This document shows positions 9,627 through 17,370 of a stretch of DNA of 33,016 nt, one piece after another. Positions within the stretch are counted from its first letter, which is position 1. The number at the start of each line of letters is the position of its first letter. The notes beneath the pieces were generated by a model that was given only the letters and a program-made list of their open reading frames with translations, made no database searches and had not been told where the DNA came from. A program made the translations under genes and the position numbers. Source of the DNA: Chloroflexota bacterium (GTDB lineage: Bacteria; Chloroflexota; Dehalococcoidia; Lucifugimonadales; Lucifugimonadaceae); NCBI GenBank assembly GCA_030831265.1, contig JAURLM010000077.1, positions 1 through 33,016 of the forward strand, written 5' to 3'.

Positions 9627-10832
9627 CTAACCCTGTTCCGGCAGCCAGCCCCACGGCCTTGGGCCGTAGTCAACCGGGATGACCTCTCCGGCGCGCACCG
9701 TGCTCACCGGCCGGAAGGCCTGTTTGCCCTTGTGCGTTGCGCCCGTCACATCTCGGAACAGGAAATCGCCGTTTGCCAGCTCCAACAACGTGATGTCTGC
9801 GTCATAGCCAACCGCCAGTGACCCGGTTTCCTCGTCGATACCAAGCACCTGCGCCGGCCGGGACGTACTCATCGCAATCACGTCACCGAGCGGCAGGCCG
9901 ATCGACAGCATCTTCGACATGCATTCGACCATCGAGTGTGTCGGCCCTGCGAAGCGGCTCATCTCCGTGAAATCTGAAGAGAGCGTGTCCGGTACGAAAC
10001 CCTGGTCGAGCACCTGTTTTGCAGATTCAAAGCTGAAGTTCGCCTTGCCGACACCAACGTCAAACACCACGCCCCGCTCACGGGCGGCCTTCGCCTCGGC
10101 CAGCAGCTTTCCGCCCTTGAGCAGTGCGCCAACCTGGAAGCTGAGCGAGTGGGTAACCACGTCACCTTCAGTCAAAACATCTGACAGCAGTTGCGGGGCC
10201 AGTTCTGCTGCAATCGGGTCCTGGCCCAGGATGTCACCAATATGAACCATGACAAACGCGCCCGTTTCTGCGTCCTCTGCCATTTTTTTGGCCGCTTTCG
10301 GCAGTTCGATGCCCAGCGTCCTGATGCCGGGTGTCACCATGCGAACCTTCACACCCACCAGTACGTCTGGCCGCGCGGCAAGGGCGGCGATACCGGCGTC
10401 GATGTCGATGTCTGCGGCATCTCGCACTTCCGGCGCACGGGTTACACCGAGTGTGCCGACGTTGAGCAGGGCCAGCGTGCGGGTGATCGCGCTCGGCACG
10501 ATGAAGTTCACGAAGCCGCCCACGTTGTATGCACCCGTTGAACCGGCATCCAGCACCGTTGTCACACCGGAGTGCACGCCAGCGGTGTCCACATCACCCA
10601 TCATGTCCTCTGTACCCGCTTTACGGAGGCCCGCGGCGACGTGGGTGTGGATGTCGATAAGCCCCGGCGTCACCAGCAGTCCGGTCGCGTCGATGACACG
10701 AGTGGCTGTTTTGGGGTCGATCGACTTCGCAATTGCGGAAATCTCACCATCCGTGATCGCAATGTCCATCACGGCATCAAGGTTTACTGATGGGTCGATC
10801 AGGCGTCCGTTTTTTATCAGTAGGTCTGTCAT
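9627..10832 (-). CDS. amidohydrolase/deacetylase-family metallohydrolase (dihydroorotase-like)
   Basis: MTDLLIKNGRLIDP...DIAITDGEISAI...VIDATGLLVTPGLIDIHTHV (HxH metal motif). 401 aa. SD GGAGAAAG lies 6 nt upstream of the ATG. Confidence 0.8.
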   Translation of the reverse strand: MTDLLIKNGRLIDPSVNLDAVMDIAITDGEISAIAKSIDPKTATRVIDATGLLVTPGLIDIHTHVAAGLRKAGTEDMMGDVDTAGVHSGVTTVLDAGSTGAYNVGGFVNFIVPSAITRTLALLNVGTLGVTRAPEVRDAADIDIDAGIAALAARPDVLVGVKVRMVTPGIRTLGIELPKAAKKMAEDAETGAFVMVHIGDILGQDPIAAELAPQLLSDVLTEGDVVTHSLSFQVGALLKGGKLLAEAKAARERGVVFDVGVGKANFSFESAKQVLDQGFVPDTLSSDFTEMSRFAGPTHSMVECMSKMLSIGLPLGDVIAMSTSRPAQVLGIDEETGSLAVGYDADITLLELANGDFLFRDVTGATHKGKQAFRPVSTVRAGEVIPVDYGPRPWGWLPEQG

Positions 10833-11033
10833 TTCGTGCTTTCTCCGCGCTTTTCTCTTTGTGCTGGTAGACGGTGAAGGAGTGTTGAGCCGATTCTGTC
10901 ACGGAAGCGCCGGTCTCGCACCCGCCCACCGTGTTCCGGACAGGCGTAATAACGAGCGGCTCATTATCTAGCACAATTCATCATCACAAACTACGAAAAG
11001 CGCTCGTTGCATCTTGACAACGGGTGCGAGAAT

Positions 11034-11081
11034 AGCGGAAAAAGAAAACACCCCGTCTGGAGGCAACCATTGACGGGGTGT
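11034..11081 (-). terminator. intrinsic terminator downstream of the ParB-like gene
   Basis: On the minus strand, ACACCCCGTC pairs with GACGGGGTGT (a 10-bp stem, 11048-11057 with 11072-11081). It is followed by TTTTCTTTTTCC. Confidence 0.75.
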
Positions 11082-11212
11082 CTTCGGGCTCACGGCTGCA
11101 AGGAATGGTGCGTCAAGCGAGCCCTGCTGTCCGCTCCGGTTATGGGGTTGGTGTGTCCGCACCGACCCCGTTATATCTTTCTCCTGTTGGCCATCTCCGG
11201 CCAGAAACTCTT

Positions 11213-12121
11213 TTAGCGAACTCCTGCGCCGTTGCGGATCATCGGCCTGGGAACAGAAGACTCCCGTGCCTGGCCTGAGTTCAGGCTTAGCAGTGACGCT
11301 CGCAATCGGGAATCCAGGATCCGCAGGCTGCTGATCAGCTTGAGGCGACGGTATTCCGGAATCACCTGCATGTGCAGCGCATCCAGTTCACCTGCAAGGT
11401 GCAGAACCATGTTCTCCAGGCTTTCCGTGTTGCGCTCCCGCGGCTCGCCCCGCTCTTTAACCTCAACCTCGACAGGTTCTGGTGCCTTTGCCGGGCGCTT
11501 CCCGTTAACCACCTCTTCAATGATCTGGTCTATCGAAAGTTCCGGTGCGCTCTTTGCACGGCCGACTATTCGCTCGACGTGAACCGATGAGAGCCGCCCG
11601 TCCACGAACGGTTTCGCGATCTCCATCTGGCGGTCGTGGTCATCAATGTCCGCTATAGACCGTGCTTCCTTGAAGGTCAGCTCGCCGCTGTTCACCTTGC
11701 CGCCAAGACCCGGGGCCAGTGTCCGGATCAGGCTTTCGTAGTGGTGAATGGTTCCGGGCGTGATGCCGGTCCTGCGAGCAAGCTCCTGCTGCGTGATCTC
11801 GTACCTGTCACGGTATTCGATGAACGCCTTGCCGAGATCCATTGGCGGGACCAGTGACGAGTGATACTGCTCGGCGAGCAGCAGCTCCCAGCGCTCCTGG
11901 TCGGTTACTGATTCCTTAATGGAACACTCGATCTCTTTTTCGCCTGCTTCTTGTGCGATGCGCACTTTCCGCGCCCCGGCCAGCACACGAAACGTATCGT
12001 TTTCCACCAGCACCACGGGATCACGAGCAACTCTTGAGGCTCGTGGAAGGTCTCTTGTGCTTTCCTCCAGAGCAGCCAGTGTCTCTGGGTCGAGGACAAT
12101 CTTTGATATAGGAACTTTCAC
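11213..12121 (-). CDS. ParB/Srx-fold N-terminal domain plus HTH protein (orphan ParB-like)
   Basis: VKVPISKIVLDPE... opens a ParB N-terminal-like region, and VLAGARKVRIAQEAG sits at the position of the GERRxRA box. The HTH is ITQQELARRTGITPGTIHHYESL. GTG 12121 has GGGAG 6 nt upstream. The ORF is open to 12196. Confidence 0.7.
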   Translation of the reverse strand: MKVPISKIVLDPETLAALEESTRDLPRASRVARDPVVLVENDTFRVLAGARKVRIAQEAGEKEIECSIKESVTDQERWELLLAEQYHSSLVPPMDLGKAFIEYRDRYEITQQELARRTGITPGTIHHYESLIRTLAPGLGGKVNSGELTFKEARSIADIDDHDRQMEIAKPFVDGRLSSVHVERIVGRAKSAPELSIDQIIEEVVNGKRPAKAPEPVEVEVKERGEPRERNTESLENMVLHLAGELDALHMQVIPEYRRLKLISSLRILDSRLRASLLSLNSGQARESSVPRPMIRNGAGVR

Positions 12122-12213
12122 GATCCACTCCCGCTGTCGTTTCGTTGCGGATATTCCAGAAGCGGTGTGACAGAAGGCCGGACAACCTGTCATCACCTGT
12201 TTGAACGTTGATT

Positions 12214-12336
12214 GGAATTTTCATACATTCCGATTCGCACGCGCTGAAACTGTCCACGCAGGGAAACCCTCTGTTCCAAACAGTTGTTGACTTTGGAATC
12301 AGGCGGGGATACCGTTTGTTCCGAAAACTCTGGAAC
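12214..12336. promoter_or_regulatory. three GGAA/TTCC-based inverted repeats in the divergent ParB-like / DUF5343-like spacer
   Basis: GGAAT-N8-ATTCC (12214-12231), TTCCAAA-N11-TTTGGAA (12274-12298) and GTTCC-N9-GGAAC (12318-12336). Confidence 0.45.
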
Positions 12337-12373
12337 ACAGTTTCCCCAATCTCAGCCGCAATCTGGACACGTC

Positions 12374-13159
12374 ATGCAAGAGCGACACAGCGCACTTCCC
12401 CCGTATGTGCCCTACCGCACATTCCAAACTTTTTTGGAATATATGCAGGATGGCATTCCGGCGAGAATTGACCGCAGTGTGTGGGGTAGCCGCTTCTCTG
12501 GAAGCTCCGGAACCCAGTTGATGACGGCGCTGAAATCGCTCCAGCTTGTCGATGCAAACGGTCACCCGGAGCCGGTGTTGGAACAGCTCGTCTTCGCCGA
12601 AGGCGAGCGCAGGCGTGCGCTGTTGCGCGGGTTGCTTGAGGACTACTACAAGCCGGTATTTCGGCTTGACCTTGCGCGCGCTACAAAGAACCAGTTCCAT
12701 GAGGCGTTCCGGTCTTTCGGAGCGCGGGAAGGCGTGCTGACAAAGTGCGAGGCGTTCTTCATCCAGGCAGCACTTTCGGCCGGCATACAGCTTTCGCAGT
12801 ACATCCTTGCTGGAAGACACCAGGGGCGGCGCAGGTCCGGTGGTGCGAAGGGCGCAGGGCGGGGCGGTGCGAAACCCGGCTCTGGAACAGCTGCGGCCCC
12901 TCAGCCGGTTGCACCGCAGCCAGTTACCGGCGATTCCCGGCTGGCCGCCACACCGACAACGACAGCCGCGGTGCCACCGGACGCATCACCGCAGCTGGTT
13001 GCAAAACTCAACGTGGCAGAACTGATACTTTCGAAGTACCCGGACTTTGACCCGTCATGGACTCCAGAGGTCCAGGCGAAATGGCTCGACGGCATGACCA
13101 AGCTGTACGAAGGCCTCGCAGCCTCTGGCAGGTCAGAACCTCAAACAAGAGTCGAATAG
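12374..13159 (+). CDS. DUF5343-like protein with a Gly/Arg-rich and Pro/Ala/Thr-rich linker and a C-terminal extension
   Basis: MQERHSALPPYVPYRTFQTFLEYMQDGIPARIDRSVW...LMTALKSLQLVDANGHPEPVLEQLV...YYKPVF...KCEAFFIQAALSAGIQLS follows the pattern I recall for DUF5343. This is a recollection, not a search result. The start at ATG 12374 is preferred over TTG 12284. Confidence 0.55.
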   Translation: MQERHSALPPYVPYRTFQTFLEYMQDGIPARIDRSVWGSRFSGSSGTQLMTALKSLQLVDANGHPEPVLEQLVFAEGERRRALLRGLLEDYYKPVFRLDLARATKNQFHEAFRSFGAREGVLTKCEAFFIQAALSAGIQLSQYILAGRHQGRRRSGGAKGAGRGGAKPGSGTAAAPQPVAPQPVTGDSRLAATPTTTAAVPPDASPQLVAKLNVAELILSKYPDFDPSWTPEVQAKWLDGMTKLYEGLAASGRSEPQTRVE

Positions 13160-13243
13160 CTTTAGTTACGTGCCGCGTCGTGCAACTTGCGGCATTGTCC
13201 GGCAACACAGGTGGGGTGCTGGCGCTGTTGGCACCAGCCAGCG

Positions 13244-13798
13244 TTATTGCGCTTTCTCTATGTAGCCTTTGACCAGTACCTCGAGGCTGCCGCTGGACGG
13301 ATCGAACATGAGGCCGTGTACCGGGACATCTTTCGGCATCAAGGCGTTATCGCGGACGATTTGTGTAACGCGCCGGACGTTGCCGTAGACATCTCGAAAC
13401 GTCCCGAGCCAGTCTCCCAGCGCGGGCTGAAGATCGTCGATAGTTGAAGCTGCCACTCCGCGGCTCAACATGTTCTCCCTGATCACCGTCACATCAAGAT
13501 TCGCCATGCCGCAGTCGAGATGCCCGATCACAAACACCTCTTCGCATTCCAGCGCATAGATAGCAACCGCAAGGCTGCGGATGACCCCGCCGTTCGGGTC
13601 AAGCACAGTGGTTCCCGCGTTTTTGATCACCTTGGCATCACCGCGCCTCAGGCCCATTGCCGGCTCAAGGAAATCGACAAGCCGTGTGTCCATGCAGGTG
13701 AAGATCACAACCTTCCTTGCGGGGGTTCGCTTGATCGTCCCCTGGCGTTCGGACACAAACCGTTCATTGTGGGCCAGGACTTCATCCAGCAGCGACAT
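13244..13798 (-). CDS. beta-class carbonic anhydrase
   Basis: 184 aa. The zinc ligands sit in the motifs FTCMDTRL and IGHLDCGM, a Cab-type beta-CA arrangement. Confidence 0.85.
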   Translation of the reverse strand: MSLLDEVLAHNERFVSERQGTIKRTPARKVVIFTCMDTRLVDFLEPAMGLRRGDAKVIKNAGTTVLDPNGGVIRSLAVAIYALECEEVFVIGHLDCGMANLDVTVIRENMLSRGVAASTIDDLQPALGDWLGTFRDVYGNVRRVTQIVRDNALMPKDVPVHGLMFDPSSGSLEVLVKGYIEKAQ

Positions 13799-14225
13799 CG
13801 AATCTCCCTCAGGTCTACGTGGGTCAACACCGGTGACATACGCAGTGCTTCAACTGATTACCGTGAACGATAGTACCGACCAAACAGTCGTTTCGGCCAG
13901 TGGTGATCTGGGTATCATCCCTGTTGGCAGCGCATGATCGGCTGGCTGCTATTGTGGAAACAAACGCCTCGTACACGTTGTTCAGGATGTTGTCTTCGCT
14001 GAAGCAGCATGTTCAGATAGACCGTACCATTTAGCAGGTAAGGGGCTGGCCGGGAGTCCGCAGGGTGTCCGGTTGACCGTGACCATTGTCCTGGTTCATT
14101 CTTTACCGTTCAGCAGGATCACGCTTAACAGGTACATACTTCCGGTACGCAAGTCACAAACAGTTCGCTCGAACTTCAGGAGATGTTCAGGACCAAAATC
14201 TCAACCCTGAAGTTAAACACTGAAA

Positions 14226-15845
14226 ATGATCGAAACCTCACCAACGATTCAACGGATATTTGCAGCCAACCGTGGACTTCCGGCTATCGAGATTATCGAC
14301 GCCGTTCACGGCATGGGTCTTGAGGCCGCCATTGGGGCAACTCCCTCTGACACAAGGTCCATGGCTTACGACAAAGCGGATGCAAAGACCGGGCTGCCGG
14401 TTAGCGAATCGCACATGGAGCGCGATTCATACGTGAACATCCAGTGGATGCTGGAGGCGGCTACCCGCACCGGATCTGACGCCATCCACCCGGGTTACGG
14501 GTTTCTCTCCGAGGACCCGGAGTTTGCACGCCAGGTTGAACTGTTTGGCCTGCATTTCATTGGACCAACCGTACATGCGCTCACCGTGTTTGGCAGCAAA
14601 ACCCGGTACCGGCAACATGCCAGGGAAAGCGGTGTGCCGGTAATTCCGGCATCACGCCTTTACGTGTACAAAGAAGGAGAAAACGGCGGGGGCCTGACGC
14701 ATGGGATCACCCGGCGAGTGGGCAAAGTAGGCGCGCTGTTTGGCAAGGGTTATTCACGCAGCGGCATATCACGCGTCACAGGCAGGTTGGACAAGCAGCC
14801 TGTGCAATTTGCTAAAGCACTTGCCGCAACCGTAACGGAGCAGATGTTCCCCGTAACGCTCGAACAGGTCGTCATGGAAGCGGTCGGGTTCATTGAAATG
14901 AATGGTGACATCGTCATCAAGTCACCGTACGGCGGTGGCGGTATGGGCACCGCTCTACTACCCGGCATAAGCCAGCTTTTGCTCGATGACCGTCCTCTTG
15001 CACTGAAGCGGATAGAGGGTGCCATCCGGGCATCGAACAGGACCAGCGAGCGGGCGCGTCGCAGCGGCGTCTACTTCGAAAAGCTGATTGCGAACGCGGG
15101 CCACCTTGAGATGCAGGTCATTGCAGACAAGCATAGCAACGTGCATGTTCTCAAATTCGAACGAGACTGTAGCTGGCAGATCAATGCTCGAAAGATGGTC
15201 GAGCAGAGCCCGTCATCGAAGATTGACGCCGAGGAGCGAGAGACGCTTCGGCGGTATGCCCAGGAAATCATCCGGAACGTGCATTCGCATGGCGTATTCA
15301 CCGTCGAATTCCTGAAGGATATGGACGGCGGCGGCCTGTACTCGCTGGAGGTCAACCCTCGGCTCCAGGTTGAGCACAAGGTCTCCGAGTTTGTGACGCA
15401 TGTAGGCAATGACGAAATCCTGCACATCATCCCGACGCAAATTGACATCGCAAACGGCCGTCGCATCGACAGTCTTGACCACGAATGCCGCGGCCACTCT
15501 GTGCAGGCCCGGATACTTGTCAACGTCGACGAAAGCACAGGTGGCTATCTCACCGAGTTCACCGTTCCAGACATCGAAGGCATCACGGTGATTGCCAACT
15601 TCGATGACGCACTGTACGTCCCCGGCGGGTACGATGGACACATCGCCAAGATAATCGCCGTTGGCGAAAATGCTGAACAGGCAAATGGACGCTTGCTAGA
15701 GGCGCTGACGGGAACCCGGCTGACCGGGGTGCCAAACAACGTCAAGTTCATCGTCGAGAATATGAAACGACCGGAGTTCCAGGACGGAAGTTACACAACC
15801 GGATTCGTTTCCAATGCCACGATGATGGACATCTTCCAGTCGTAA
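14226..15845 (+). CDS. divergent biotin carboxylase-like ATP-grasp enzyme
   Basis: Colinear with AccC-type biotin carboxylase: IFAANRG, AIHPGYGFLSEDPEFA, FIGP, IKSPYGGGGMG, FERDCSWQINARKMVEQSP, LEVNPRLQVEH, RGHSVQARI, and a BC C-terminal domain. At 539 aa it is about 90 aa longer than typical. Confidence 0.75.
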   Translation: MIETSPTIQRIFAANRGLPAIEIIDAVHGMGLEAAIGATPSDTRSMAYDKADAKTGLPVSESHMERDSYVNIQWMLEAATRTGSDAIHPGYGFLSEDPEFARQVELFGLHFIGPTVHALTVFGSKTRYRQHARESGVPVIPASRLYVYKEGENGGGLTHGITRRVGKVGALFGKGYSRSGISRVTGRLDKQPVQFAKALAATVTEQMFPVTLEQVVMEAVGFIEMNGDIVIKSPYGGGGMGTALLPGISQLLLDDRPLALKRIEGAIRASNRTSERARRSGVYFEKLIANAGHLEMQVIADKHSNVHVLKFERDCSWQINARKMVEQSPSSKIDAEERETLRRYAQEIIRNVHSHGVFTVEFLKDMDGGGLYSLEVNPRLQVEHKVSEFVTHVGNDEILHIIPTQIDIANGRRIDSLDHECRGHSVQARILVNVDESTGGYLTEFTVPDIEGITVIANFDDALYVPGGYDGHIAKIIAVGENAEQANGRLLEALTGTRLTGVPNNVKFIVENMKRPEFQDGSYTTGFVSNATMMDIFQS

Positions 15846-15890
15846 GTGCCGTAACCGGTCCGTGTATGGTCCCGGGTTCGCCGATACTTA

Positions 15891-17225
15891 CTATTCCGCC
15901 GGGTTCAGGACTCTTCCTGTAAACAGGATGGTGTTTGTCGGCACGTCCCGGATCAGGTAGATGAACGGTCGGTCAACCGTGAGCCTGACCGGGTCAGGGG
16001 CGATCGACTTTGTTCCGACTATAACCGCGGTAGCGGCGGCCGCTTCTGTGCCCTGCTCATCAACCGCTACGAAGGCCTGGTGAATCACATCTGTGATTAC
16101 GAGGCTGGGTGGCGGAGTGCGCATGCCGGAGAAGTCAGCCTCGAACGGGTCGAACGCTTTGCGCATGCCCAGGTCCTTTAGCGGCTGTGGCAGCGTGAAT
16201 TTCGACTTGTAAGAAAATTTTGGGAATTTTAGCTCTACGTTCGTGTAGCTCATCCCGTTCATGATCTGTACGAGTGTTGCCGCGTCGAGCGACGACTCAA
16301 AGCTGGTGAACTTGCCTTCATCCGGAACCAGTACGACCATCGAGGTCTGCTGACCGACGTACGGTACCTCTATCGCTGTGTATCCGTCGGCGTCAGCGAA
16401 GTTGAACGTGCTGGTCTGGTTCATCATGTCGGCTTTCACCGTGCCGTTTTTCAGCGTGTGGAAGTCCCCCCGGGCCGTGAGGCCGGGATCAAATTCGCGC
16501 GCCCATGCGGCCTTGAAGTAGATGGCGTTGGCCAGCACGAGCACGGTCTGCTCGTCGATGGCTCCCTGCGGTATCAGGTCCTTGATGCGCCCCTGCGTGT
16601 TGTCTTCGATCCACTGGTTGATCGTCTGCCGGGCAATTTCGGCCTGCTGGCTGTAGTTGAGCAGCCGCATGCCCGCTCCGTAGTTCTCCGCAAGCGTGTC
16701 AAGAAACGCCGGTTCGAAGTCGAAGCCCTGCTGGCCCCAGATGGAATTGGCTATGTTGAGCGTGAACTTCTGGTCAGCGGGGAGATCAGCGCCGCGCGCC
16801 GCCAGGAGTCGGTCAAGTTCGTTGAAGGCGGCGTGAAGGCGTGAATCAGGCAGATTGAAGTGCAGGGTGTCGGCCATCTCCGTCGCCGTGTCACCGTTCG
16901 CTCCCGCGTAAGTCATCGCCAGTGCCAGCGAGATGCTGTATGGCGACATAAACAGGTTCTTGCTGTTGTCAGTGGCAAGCTGACGGTACAGGTCAAGGGC
17001 AAACGTGTTGTTGTCAGTGGCGAGCTGTTCGAGGTCGGATGCGGGGACGTTTGGAGACTCGATTCGCTTCTTATTCGAGAATGCCACTGTGAAGTTTTGT
17101 GGTGCGGTCGTGGGTGTCACTGTTGCGGGTATGTCCGGGGTTGCAGTGGCGTCTCCTGAGCTACAGGAGATTGCGGCGATGGCGAAAACAGAGATTGCAG
17201 TGGCGACCAGGTATTTGGTTCGCAT
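15891..17225 (-). CDS. serpin (serine protease inhibitor) with a lipoprotein-type signal peptide
   Basis: N-terminus MRTKYLVATAISVFAIAAISC (signal peptide plus Cys). Serpin core: FALDLYRQLA...NLFMSPYSISLALAMTYAGANG. Inhibitory hinge: EQGTEAAAATAV. C-terminus: DRPFIYLIRD...ILFTGRVLNP. Confidence 0.88.
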   Translation of the reverse strand: MRTKYLVATAISVFAIAAISCSSGDATATPDIPATVTPTTAPQNFTVAFSNKKRIESPNVPASDLEQLATDNNTFALDLYRQLATDNSKNLFMSPYSISLALAMTYAGANGDTATEMADTLHFNLPDSRLHAAFNELDRLLAARGADLPADQKFTLNIANSIWGQQGFDFEPAFLDTLAENYGAGMRLLNYSQQAEIARQTINQWIEDNTQGRIKDLIPQGAIDEQTVLVLANAIYFKAAWAREFDPGLTARGDFHTLKNGTVKADMMNQTSTFNFADADGYTAIEVPYVGQQTSMVVLVPDEGKFTSFESSLDAATLVQIMNGMSYTNVELKFPKFSYKSKFTLPQPLKDLGMRKAFDPFEADFSGMRTPPPSLVITDVIHQAFVAVDEQGTEAAAATAVIVGTKSIAPDPVRLTVDRPFIYLIRDVPTNTILFTGRVLNPAE

Positions 17226-17370
17226 TGGTGGCGCTCCGACTTGTCAGCCCGTGGGGGCGTGGTGTTTGAAGGCCGCGTGCAGATGTCCTTCTTTAATGGA
17301 AACGCATTGCGCCCCGGATTTGTTCCGGTGCATCGTGAGGAATTTGCGTAATCGCCGGGTTTTGGGCGAA

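Noticed and set aside
9485-9682. Short ORFs translating to ...PSPRPSPVKGEGV... / ...HPLPGPPPSRGRGLK...
   Set aside because: They arise from translating the GC-rich palindromic intergenic element in different frames, and they overlap the 3' end of a convergent gene.
10249-10971. 240-aa plus-strand ORF
   Set aside because: It is antisense to the well-supported amidohydrolase at 9627-10832, and its composition is low-complexity Ser/Ala/Thr/Pro.
13934-14002. 22-codon Cys-rich ORF (MIGWLLLWKQTPRTRCSGCCLR) upstream of the ATP-grasp gene as a RiPP precursor
   Set aside because: The ATP-grasp enzyme is of the biotin-carboxylase type, not a graspetide or microviridin ligase. The ORF has no SD, no leader/core organisation and no repeats, so it is most likely fortuitous.
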